A stretch of DNA of 64,000 bases from Cyanophora paradoxa CCMP329. Taxonomy: Eukaryota > Plantae > Glaucophyta. Within the stretch, counting starts at the first letter, position 1. Each line of letters starts with the position of its first letter. The notes under the pieces were generated by a model, which had not been told where the DNA came from, searched no databases, and saw only the letters and a list, made by a program, of their open reading frames with translations. Location: NCBI GenBank assembly GCA_004431415.1, contig QPMI01000533.1, positions 378,643 to 442,642 of the forward strand. Reading direction: 5' to 3'. This document shows positions 1 through 10,801 of this stretch, piece after piece. The translations under genes were made by a program, and so were the position numbers.

Positions 1-3000
1 TCCCCCTTCTCCGACCGACGCGTACCCCGCGAAGCTGCTGTACGAGTACCGGAGGCGCTGGCGATGCGAAGCGCGCGTCGACGCGGAGGCCTCCGGGGTC
101 GAATTCGGGCCCCTCGCGAGTCTCGTACCCCCCGGAGCGCTCCTCCCCGCCCAGCCGGGGTACTTCGCCTTCCCGCCGGATTTCGAGTACCGCGTCGCGA
201 GCGTACCCCCTCCCTCCCCGCCCCAGTCCAGGCCCCATTTCCGCCCCGCCGCCCCGCCTGCCCGCGTTCTCTCCGCACCGGCCGCTCCCGCCCCCGCCCT
301 CGTCGCTCCGCCCGCCGCCCCGCCCGCCCGCTTCCTTTCCGCACCCGCCGCCACCGCCCCGGCCGCCCCGCCCGCCCCCGCCCTCTCCCCTCCGCGCCGG
401 CGACCCATATCCCCGCCCTCTTCGTCGAACGTATCCCCGCCCGCGAAGGTCCGCTCGCCTCCCGTACCCCGGTCCCGGCCTGCCGTATTCCGTACCCCTC
501 TGATCCCGCGTCTCCCGCAGCGCGCCGCCGGGCCGTCCCTGTATGTCGACCGTCCCATCTCTCCGCTCTCCGGCGCTTCGTCGTCCGTCGCGCCCGCGCC
601 TGTTCCCTCGGCACCTTCATCGCCGGCGTTCGCCCCCGTCTCCCTGCCCCCTTCCGTTCGCCCGGCCGAAGCTCTCCTGGCGGCCGCCACTCCTCCTCCG
701 GCCGCCCCGGCTCCGCCCCCGGCCGCCCCGCCCCGGCCGCCCCGCCCCGGCTGCGCCGCCCCCGGCTGCGCCGGTACTGGCCGCTCCGACAACGGCCGTC
801 CCGGCTCTGCCGCCGGCCGCGTTGGCAACGGCCGCGCCGGCAACGGCCGCCCCGCCGCCAGTCGCCCCGGCGCCTGCTCCGCAGGCAGCTCCGCAGGCAG
901 CTCCGCAGGCATCTCCGCCTGCCGCCGCCACGCCGACTCCGACGCCAGTCGCCTCGGTGGCATCTCCACAGGCACTCCCGGCTGTCCCACCGGCCGCCGC
1001 CCCACTGGTCGCCCCCCACCGCCGCCCGCCCCGCCCCCGCCCCGCCGCCGGCCGCCCCGCCCGCCGCGCCCCGCCCCAACGCCCTCGAACCCCTCCTGCC
1101 TTCTTACCCCTGTCGCCCCTCAAGCCCGCCTCCGCCCCCGCGGCCGCCCGGCCCGGCCCCGCCGCCCCGCCCGGGAGGGTCCCCCCTCGCCCAAGCCTGC
1201 ACCCAAGCGTACGCCCCGCCCCCTCCCCCCACCTCATGCACCGTACCCCCTCAAGCGCGCCCCCCGCAGCGCTGCCGTTCATGCGGACTGCGCTTGGCGC
1301 CAAGCTCGCCTCGGGCTCGTTCAAGCCGCAAGCCAGCGACGTGACGCCGTACCCCCCGAACGCCGACGCCGCCGCCGGGCCCTCCGGGTCATCCGGCCAG
1401 GCCTCGGGGGCCTCGTCCTCGTCCTCGGCTGAGACGCCGGCCGCGCCGGCCGACTCATCGTCGGCGCCGGCGGGCATGTCGTCCGACCCGCGGCCCCGGG
1501 GGGCCTCCCCTTCTTTCGCCGCGCCGGGCCCGGCCTCAGCTGCCGCTGCCGCTCCGGCGGCGCCTGCAGCTCCGGAGCCGTCCCCGGCGCAGCCTAGCGC
1601 ACCGGCTCAGCCAGCTGCGGCGAAGCCGGCGGCAGCGCCGGGAGCGGCGGCGACGGCTGCGGCGCCTGGAGCGGCTGTGGCTGCCGCGGCGCCTGGAGCG
1701 GCTGCGCCGGGAGCGACGACGACGACGCCTGCGGCTAAGCCCGCGTCCGGAACGGCAGCGGCGGCCGCGGCGAAGGCGCCGGCGCCACCGGCGGCAGCGG
1801 CAGCGAAGCCTGGGCGCCATCCTCCTCGGCGACGGCGGCGGCGCAGCCGGCGGGAAGCCGGCGCCGAGCACTGCGTCCAGTTCAAAGGCCCCCGCGCCGC
1901 CGGTGGTGCAAGGGACGGCCGCAGCAGCGCCGGTGCAGGTGGCCAAGCCCGCGCCAGCGCCGGCGGGAGCGGCGGCAGCTGCGAAGCCCGCGGCGGCGGC
2001 GGCTGCGAAGCCCGAGGCGGCAGCGGCTGCGCCTCTGAAGCCCGCCCAGGCGGCTGCGGCAACGCCGGCCGTCGCCAAGCCGGCGACTGCGGCGCCGCCG
2101 TCGGCGGCAGCCTCAGCGAAGCCATCTGCGCCATTAGGAATGGCGGCGGCGAAGGCTCCTGCGCCGCTGTCGGCGCAGGGCGCGGCGGCGGTGGCGGCGG
2201 CGCCGACACCACCGGCGGCAAAGGCGGCGACTGCGGCGGCGGCGCCACAGGCGGCGACTGCGGCGGCGGCAGTAAAGCCGGCGCCTTCGTCGGCGCCACC
2301 GGCGGCGGCGGCGGCGATGGCGACAGCGGCAGCGACATCGGCGCCGCCGGCTGCAAAGACGGCGGCAGCAGCGCCATCAGCGGCAGCACAGTCGGCAGCG
2401 CCAGCAGCAAAGGCGGTGGCGGCAGCGACGCCGCCGGCGACGGCGCCGACAGCACAGCCGGCGGCACAGCCGGCAGCACAGCCGGCAGCACAGCCGGCGG
2501 CAAAGACGGCGGCGGCGCCTTCGTCGACATCGGCGGCTGCTGCGAAGCCCGCGGTGGGCAAGCCGCTGGGCCCTGCCCCGTGGGCCAAAGCGGCGGCCGG
2601 CGGCGCACAGCCTGCGGCCAAGGCCGTGGCCCTCCGGCGGCGGCCGCGGCCCTCCGGCGGAGCCGCTCACGCCCGCCCCCGCACCTCCCGCCCAGGCCTT
2701 GGCCCCAGCCAAGCCCGCCCCGCAAGCCGCCGCCAAGCCGCCGGCCGCGTCGGCGCCCGCCCCGCCAGCCGCCGGCCCGTCCGCCTCCGCCGCTGCTGCG
2801 AAGCCCGCGGCGCCCGCGGCGCGCCCCGCCACCGCTCCCGCCACCGCTGCGGCCCAGGCGCCCCCGCCAAAGCCGGCCTCGCCCGCCCCGGCGGACCGTG
2901 CGGCCTCCGCCGCCGCCGCCGCCGCCGCCGCGTCGTCGCCGTCGCCCGCCGCCGCGCCGCCCAAGGCAGCGCCCGCCGCCTCCTCCGCCTCCTCCTCATC

Positions 3001-6000
3001 CGCCCCGTCGACCTCAGCCAAGGCCAAGGCCAAGGCGCCAACCCAGGCTCAAGCGCAGGCGCCGGCACCTGCGCAGGTCCCGAGGCTCCGCGTCCCCGGC
3101 CCCGCCCCGCCGGCACCCTCGTCCGGTGCGGCTGACGCTTCCCTCTGCGCCCGCCTCCCTCGCCTTCTAACCGTCCCGCAGCCTTCGTCGCCGCCGCTGC
3201 GCCCCCCTCGAGGAACGGGCCCCCGGCGGACTCGAGCCCCGTCCGCGTCAAGCAGGAGCGCGAGGGCTCGGCCTCGCCACCTCCCCGCCTCGCCGCCCCC
3301 GTAGCCGTAGCCGTCAAGCTCGAGCCGTCGGAGGGAGAGGACGGAGAACGCGTACCCCCCGGCCAGAGCGGTGCGGCCTTGTTTCTTTTCTCGAGAGCGC
3401 GGTCCTACCGCCTGCCCCTTACCCCTGTTTTCGCCGCAGCCGAGCACGTGCTGCGCGAGAAGCTCAAGGCGCGCCTCGCCACCGGTGCCTTCCGGCCCCC
3501 CGTACCCCCCGGCTCCTCCCCCGAACCCGACCTCGCCCTGGTCCCCGCTCCGTCGCTCGCCCTGGCCCCGCCGCCGGCGCCCGTACCCGTCCCCGAGCCC
3601 CACCGGCAGCCCCTGGCCCGGGCCCTCGCCCTCTCCCGCGCCTTCCACGGGGATGCCCGCGTACCCCTCCGCGAGGTCCTCCGCCTCTGGCGGGGCAACG
3701 TCGGCCTGGAGGGGGTACAGCCCTTCTGGCGCGCCCTGCCCCCCGGGGCCCCCTACCGGAGCCTCGTCGGGGCGCTTCGTCGGCTGTACCCCGGCCAGCT
3801 GCGGCCGGCGGGGCTCCTGCGGGGCGGCCTCTCGTTCCGCCTTTGCATCGGTGCCGGCTCGGCGGCCGCCCCCGCCGCCTGCGCGGCCGGCCCCGGCGCG
3901 TGGGCCGAGCCGGCGGCCAACCCCCTCGCCGGGGCCGGCGAGGGCGGTCTACCCCCCTCCCCCTGGGGACCGTTCCTCCGCCGCCTCGTCGCTGTCCTCC
4001 GCGGCCTCCGGTTCGACCCCCGCCCGCCCCGCTTTCTCTCGCCCGCCGCCCTCACACGTACCCCCTTTCAGAGCGACGGAGGGCCCCGTGTTCGCGTACG
4101 CGTGCGTGGCGGAGGCGTGGGCGGACTACTTCGGTACCCCCCTGGCCCAAGAGGTGGCGGGGCTGCCGGGGTACGACGGCGCGTCCTGGCGGACGGCGAT
4201 GAGCTCGGGGCGGGCGCTCTGCGCCCTGCTGGCCCCGGCCCTCAAGTTCGAGATCGCCGCCTCCGCCCCGGGCGCCCAGCCCGAGGCCTGCCTCCGCGTC
4301 CTGGTACCCCTCCCCCGTCCCTTCCTCTGCCCTGCACCCCCCTGAATCTTTCGTCCAGGGTACCCTGGCGCGGGCGGCGACCCGGAAGCTTCGGGAGTCG
4401 GCGGGTTCGGCCGGGGGCGAGGGCGACGGGCCGGATCCCTCCTTCGGGCCCTCCGAGGGCGAGGGCGAGGCCCCGGCCCCGTCCCCCCGCGCCGCTTCTT
4501 CCCCCCCTACCGGGACCTCCCCCGCGCCCGTGGCGCGGCCCGTCGCCCCCTCCGCGGTCGCTTTGAAGCCGACCCCGGTGCCCGCCGCCGCCGCGTTGGC
4601 GTCTACCCCCCCAGCGGCGCCCAAGCTGGCCCCCTCGCCCAAGCCCGGCCCGGCAGCGTCCGGATCCAAGCCCGGCCCGTCCGAGGCCGCCGCGGCGCCC
4701 AAGCCCGGCCCCAAGCCCGGCCCGTCCGAGGCCGCCCCGGCTGCCAAGCCGGCGGCCAAGCCCAGCCCGTCCGAAGCCGCACCAGCCGCCAAGCCGCGGC
4801 CAAGCCCGCGGCCAAGCCCGCGGCCAAGCCCGCGGCCAAGCCCGCGGCCAAGCCGGCGCCCGCCCCCGCCCCAAGCCCGCGCCTCCCGCCACCGCCGCGA
4901 CGCCCTCGCCCCGGCCGAGGCCCCGCCGGCCGTATCCCTCGTCGTACCCCCCCTCACGTCCCCAAGGGGCCGCCCCGGCCCCCGCCCCCGCCTCGCCCCG
5001 AGGGCCGCCCCGCCCGTCCCCGTCCCCCCCGCTTCTCCCCCCCCAGCCTCGCCCTCCCGCCGACGCCTTACGGACTCCCAGCGCACCATGGTGCGCCTCC
5101 TTTACCCCCCTCCGATCCTGTCTGAGCGGCGCCTTCTCTCAGGTCGAGCGCCTGGCTGCCACAGGGGTACCCGGATAATTTTCACCTCTTTCCCAACCTC
5201 CACCTCCCGTCTGCCTCACCTTGCCACTCGCCCCTCGGCAGGTACGGCTGCACCGGCGGCGCGGCCGCGGGCCCTTCCAGGGCAGCGACGTATCCAACGC
5301 CTACGCCGAAATATACGGCGGGAGGCCCGGCGGCACCAAGTGCAAGGTAGCCGTACCCCCCCGGCTGAACCGTATCCCCTCCTGATCCCCCCCCCCAAGG
5401 ACGACCTGCTGGCTGCGGGCCTGGGTACGCAGGGCGTCATCGCGAACTTCCTCTCCCTCATGCCCTCGGGGTACGCGATTCGTCCGGCCGGTCGGGGGTA
5501 CGCGATTTCTTTGCTCCCGCCGAGGCTGCGGCGCAGGTCGGTCGAAGTCGCTCCCGATCCGAAGCACGGCAAGGTACCCCCCGGGCTCGATCCTCTCCGT
5601 ACTCCCCCGTTGCCCTGAATGCCGTACCCCGCCCCAGTGCGTGCGCCTCGCGGCCGACTTTGAGGAGCGAGTGGCGTCCATCGTACCCTCCCAGGAGCAC
5701 CCCGCGCCGGTGCGTCACGCGCAGGGGGGTATGCAGTTAGCTACCTGCGCGGGCGCTGAGCCGTGGGCCGGCGCAGGCGCCGCGGCCGCGGGCCCCGGAG
5801 GTTCCGCTTCGAACCGGCCTCATCGCCCCCGTCCTCCGGTACCCCCCCCCCCGCCACGTCGATCGATTCCCTGCGGGCTCGTTCGACGTACCCCTCCCAG
5901 GAGGGCGGCGGAGTTCTACACGGGCGGGGCGCTGGTACCCCTGGCGACCCTGGGGCGCATGTGGCGCCTTTCGTACGAGCCGGCGGTGCCCGTACCCTTC

Positions 6001-7161
6001 TGGGTCTCGTTCCCCCCCGGCTCGCCCTGCCGGACGCTCATCGGGGCGATCAAGCGAATGTTCCCCGGCCTGGCCGCCCCGGGCGGCCTCTTCCACGGGC
6101 GCCTGGCCCTGCGCCTCGACTCGGCTGCCCGTACCGCAAGCAGCCCGCGGCACCTTCGCGGCTCCGGCCCGGGCGCCTGGGCCCCCGGCGCCGACGTCGG
6201 CGCCTCGGGGGGTACGGGGTCGCCCACGCACCGCTTCCTCCTACGCCTCGTCGCGCTGCTCCGGGCGCTCAGGTGACCCTGGCTCGAATCCGCGCGGGAC
6301 CGCTTTTCCTTAAGCGGCGGCGGCGGCGGCGGCGCGCAGGTCGGCGGACGGCCCGCGCCTGGCAGTGGGCGCGGTGGCGGAGGCGTGGCGGGACTGGTTC
6401 GGGACGGAGCTGGGGGCGGAGGCGGCGGGGGCGGCGGGGGTGGAGGCGGCGATGGCGGACGACGAGGCGTCCGTCGCGCGGCTGCTCTGCGCCGAGCTGC
6501 TCCCGGGCTCCCTCGAGCCCTCCGCCTCCGACGCCGGCGACGGCCGCGACGAGCCCTGCATCGACATCGTGCGCCGCGCCCCGTACCCCCGCCCTTCTTC
6601 CCCCCCCCCCCTGTATCTCACATCGCCTCAGGTGGCGCCGCTGCGGGAGGGCGCGGCGCGCGGGGCGTCGGCGGCGGCCGGCGGCCCGCAGACCGCGCCC
6701 GACGACTTCGGCAAGTCGGACGGTGACGTCACCCGACGCGCCCCGCGCCCCTCCGGTACCCCCCGCGAGCGCTGACCTGACGCGGTACCCCAGACGAGGA
6801 GGAGCGGCTGCCCCCCGAGCTCCTTCCACCCCCTCCGCCGCCTCCCCCCCGGGGCCTCCTCCAGTCCCCCTCGGGCCCTCCCCCGCCGTCTCCGCCGCCC
6901 GGCCCGCCCCCGCCCCAGCAGCAGCCCGTTCCCTACTTCCCCGAGCCGTACCCCGGCTTCGGGGGCGGCTGGGCGGGGCACGGGCAGTGGGGCGCGCCCC
7001 CCGGTCACTTCGAGTACCCCCCCTGGCCGGGCCCGCAGCTGGGCGGGCCGGCGTGGGGGGTACAGGGCCCCGGCCCCGGAGGGCCCTTCGGGGGGGCGCC
7101 CATGTTCCCCCCCCACGCGGCCTGGGGCCAGCCCTGGGGCCACCCCTTCCCCCGCTTCTGA
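1..7161 (+). CDS. Multi-exon gene, 5' end outside window; Ala/Pro-rich protein with a duplicated globular module (possibly LOTUS/OST-HTH-like)
   Basis: Two similar modules at ~3440-4300 (VPLREVLRLWR...PFWRALPPGAPYRSLVGALRRLYPG...FLRRLVAVLRGLR|...VAEAWADYFGTPL) and ~5640-6570 (VPLATLGRMWR...PFWVSFPPGSPCRTLIGAIKRMFPG...FLLRLVALLRALR|...VAEAWRDWFGTEL), with an intron at the same position. Probable stop TGA 7159-7161. Exon structure approximate. Confidence 0.55.
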
Positions 7162-8304
7162 GCGCCGGCGCGACGCGACGCGACGCGGTTTCCTGTACCC
7201 CTTTCTGCGGTCGCGCTTCGTTCGCTTCCTGCAGATCGACGGGACGCTGGCTGGCCCACGCCGCGGCGCGCGACTACGGCCCACGTGCACGCCCCAAGGG
7301 CGACGCGACGCGGACGGTGGCCCGCGCCCGAGTTCCATCTCTCAAGCTTCTCGAACTTCAAGGCTTCGCGGCGGCGTCTCCATCCAGGGTCCCTATATAT
7401 CACGCCGACGCGCCCTCTAAGCTCCGACCCCCCGAAGCTCCTCCATCGTTGCTGAGTTAGCTCTCTGTCTTTTTTTAGCTTCCCAGGCCCCGCGGCCGCT
7501 GCTCCCCCTCCTTTTTTACCTTCGAAGTCCCGCCCTATAAGTAGGAGCCCTCCTGGGGACCCGAGGGGGGCCTCGGGGGGGTAGACCAGGCTGTTGGAAG
7601 GTTAGGCGCGGAGGTAGGCCCAGGCCCAGGGTAGCGGCAGGGGCTTGTTCGTTCCTCGCGTTGCAAATTGCAGGGGCCGACGCCCTCCTCCAAAATTTCA
7701 CGAGATATTCATGATTGATCGAAGATCGCTTTGCCGAGTCGAGGCTGCGGGAAGCATGCGCAGTGCACGTGCATGAGGGGGCGGCCCGAGCTAGCGCTTG
7801 AGGGCTAGCTATAGCTCTCAGAGTCTGGGCCCGGGCCGGCTGCGCATGCCAGGCTGATGATGATGAGGTCGACAACGCCCTGCCTGAACATTGCGCGCGC
7901 GCGGACGTGATTCGAACTTTCGGAACTGTGGTACCGGTCCAGTGGGGGCTTTGATATCTTTGATATACGTAGTACGCGTACGCGTCGCCGTCACGGCGTC
8001 CATCCGATGATCACGGTCCAAGCTTGAAGCGCTGCGGCCGCCGGCCGGGCGCCTTCGAATTCGAATTCGAATTCCGAGTTCCGAATTCAAAAGTCCGAAT
8101 TCTAAGTTCGAATTCATTCGACTCACAGCTGGGCTCGGCCAATCGGGAGTCGAAGCTCGCCGGCGCCAATCGGGAGTCGAAGCCAGAGTCGATGTTCATG
8201 ATCATGATCAGTTCATCAGTGTGTTCTGGCCATGGCCATGGCATTGACCGTGGGGCCGGGGCGGGAAGGCTCTCTTTGAATCCCTTTGAATCCCTTTAAA
8301 TTAA

Positions 8305-8620
8305 ATCCCTAGCGGGGGCAGGGCGGGGAGGTCGGGCGCCCCGGCCCGAGGCAAGCGCTGGAACCGGCCGCGGGGCGCGCGCGAGGGCCGAGGCCGGCCG
8401 CAGGGCCGCCAGGCTGCTCCGGATCCGGAGCTCCCGGGGTGCCCGCGGCCCCCGGCGCCCAAGGCGGAGGCGGAGGCGGAGGCGGAGGCGGAGGAGGGGG
8501 CGAGGGAACCGTTGAGGGCCGGGCTGCCTGGGCCCGCTCGTGCCCCGAGTGGTGGAAGCTCGGGCGCGCCGCCCCCGCCCCCGCCCCGCCGCCCCAGCCG
8601 CCGCCGGCCCTGCGGGGGGC
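8305..8620 (-). pseudogene. Inverted, diverged copy of the last exon/3' end of the CNB-domain gene at ~52960-53237
   Basis: gctgcctgggcccgctcgtgccccg(a/g)gtggtggaagctcgggcgc and ggccgcagggccgccaggctgctcc match the reverse complement of 52990-53135; both copies extend to ccctagcggggg. Confidence 0.85.
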
Positions 8621-8835
8621 CGGGGAGGGGGGACCACGCGACCACACGGCAAAGCTAAAGATTCTCTACGTCCTAAATGAGCGGAAATACACTACTTCCC
8701 CTTAAGCGCAGTTGGGATCTAGAGTCGAAGCCCCACCCCTTCTCTCTCATTCGCTGAAGCTTTGCGTCTGATCATGATCATCTGAAATACACCGCCTCAC
8801 ATTGCTAGCTCAAGCGGAATCTGCGGCGCAGGGCC

Positions 8836-10065
8836 TCACGAGGCGGCGGCGAGACCTTCCATTTGGTCAACGAGGGACCGCCGCTTCTTGTACCCCCGCG
8901 CCTGCTCCGCCAGCTCCCGCCACAGACGCCGCTGCCCCTCCGCGTCTGCGAGGCCGAGCGGTGTCGGTCGCGGGGTACGGCGGCCCACGGGGGGTACGGC
9001 GCACCGGGGACGGATCGGACGAAGTCTGCGAGCTCTTCGAAGTCTGAGGGGTACGTCAGAGCGGCGCGGAACATTGTCCGGGGGCGCCCCGCCCGCACCG
9101 GTGCGGGGGCGGCGGAGGAGTCCGATGGCGGAGAGCTTCGTGGGGAGGGGTACGGGCACGATTCGCTGGGGGCGGGCGGACATGTCCGCGGGGTGCGGGG
9201 AGGATGGCTCGGAAGGGGGACCGGGGGAGCGCTTGGGCGCGAAGGCGGTGGAGGGCGGGCGGCGCGCGGCGGAGAAGGGGAGGGGCGAGGTGCGGCTGGG
9301 CTCGGAGGGGCCGGGGACGGCGGCTGTGGGGGACGGGGATGGGTTGCGGGGGGATGGCTGGCTGGGCCTGGCACGTGGGGGCGGCGGAGCGGTGGCCGCG
9401 GGCGGAGGGGTACCGGTGCCGTTCGCGAGCGCGTTCTCGCGAGCGATAGGTGGACCGGGCGGGGGTACGCGCGCCGAGTTCTCGGTGTTCGGCTTGAGCG
9501 GACCGGGTACCTCCACAATGCTCTGCGGGTTACAGGGAAGCGGGTGAGGCGGGACCGGGGCGTGTGGGGGGTATACGTACGGCTGCGCCCGGGCGCGCCT
9601 TCAGCTTGTAGCAGATGCGGGCCTTGTAGCTCCCGCGCTCCTCGTGGAAGCTGCGGGGGGGTAAGATGGGGGGGGGGCACGGGCATCGCGGCGCGCCTGG
9701 AGGGGAGGTCCGGGGGGAGGGGGAAGGAGAAGGGGAACGGGTACTGGCGGGCGCGATTTCGACCTGGTACGTCGCCATAGGGATCTTGGCCTGTACCGGG
9801 GCGCGGGCGTGGGCGGGGGTACAGCGCGCGGGGCGCTGGCGAGGGGGAGGGGGCGGGGTACCCTGAAGAACTCGTGCTTTCCCTCGAAGTGGTCCGTGAC
9901 TGTGTGAGAGCTCTTTCCGTCCGACACAGTCCGATGCTCCGTCCACTCCGCCTGCGCGGCGCTCGGCGCGGGGCGCGCCCGCCGCGGCGCTCGCTCGCGG
10001 AGGCTGCGCACCTTTTTGAAGACTTTGACCTTCGGCGCGATGCTGCTGGCTCTCGAGCTCGTGGG
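8836..10065 (-). pseudogene. Chimeric gene/pseudogene copy 1: arrestin N-domain exons fused to INTS6 C-terminal exons
   Basis: Exons encode SIAPKVKVFKK / AEWTEHRTVSDGKSSHTVTDHFEGKHEFFR / KIPMATYQVEIAP(G)QYPFPFSFPLPPDLPS / SFHEERGSYKARICYKLK / VEVPGPLKPN (arrestin_N-like). These are followed in one ORF (8836..9516) by LANGTGT...KLSAIGLLRRPRT...WRELAEQARGYKKRRSLVDQMEGLAAAS*, near-identical to INTS6 44754-45360. One 1-nt deletion near 9750. Confidence 0.8.
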
Positions 10066-10801
10066 CTGCAGGGGCCGAGCCGCGGTCAGGCGCGGAAGGG
10101 GCGGGGACGGCGGGCGGCGCTGCTCGGCCGGGCTGGGGCTCCATCGCAAGACAGGGGCTCCGATATGTGCGTAGACTCAGTACTAGTAGAGGGCTGCGGC
10201 GGCGCGGCGGCTCCGCCGCCCCTGCGGCGGCGGCGCCGCGGCGCGCGGCCGGCCGCGGGCCTCCGGACCCGTCGGACAGGGTGCAAGCTCGCCCCCGGGG
10301 TCTGATCATGAGCCGCGCGCGGACCACTGATGAAACTCAATTGTAACAAAATCTATTTGCAAACTTAGAAGCTGAAAGGCATCTATTGCTTCTTCTCGTC
10401 TGTACATGTGGCCGGTAATTCAAATTCACCAGAAACGATATTCTCGAAATGTGCATGTGCGTCTTCGCTCGTTATCGACAGCGCTAGCGCTAGCATATAC
10501 ATAAAACGTTAAACGCTGCAGCCGTATCATAAATATCGCCCCATGCAGTCTATCAAAGGTCTAGATCTATCGTGCTATTGCTCGTACTAACGCACAGCCT
10601 GGCAGAAAGACAGAACATGTGCGCGAGGTTACGAAATCAAACTTGAAAGCTCTATATATATCTACCATATACGTATACGTAGTACGCCGTACCGGATCGC
10701 ATTCAAGCTACAACTGAAACTGAGCATTACGTATCTTGCGCTATCATTTGAATTCAATGAGGAACCGTGGAACGAGCGTGGCTAGAGCCTGGCTTCGAAT
10801 T

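Noticed and set aside
64-3317. Many long overlapping ORFs on both strands
   Set aside because: Expected from extreme GC content; only the + strand Ala/Pro/Lys frames look coding.
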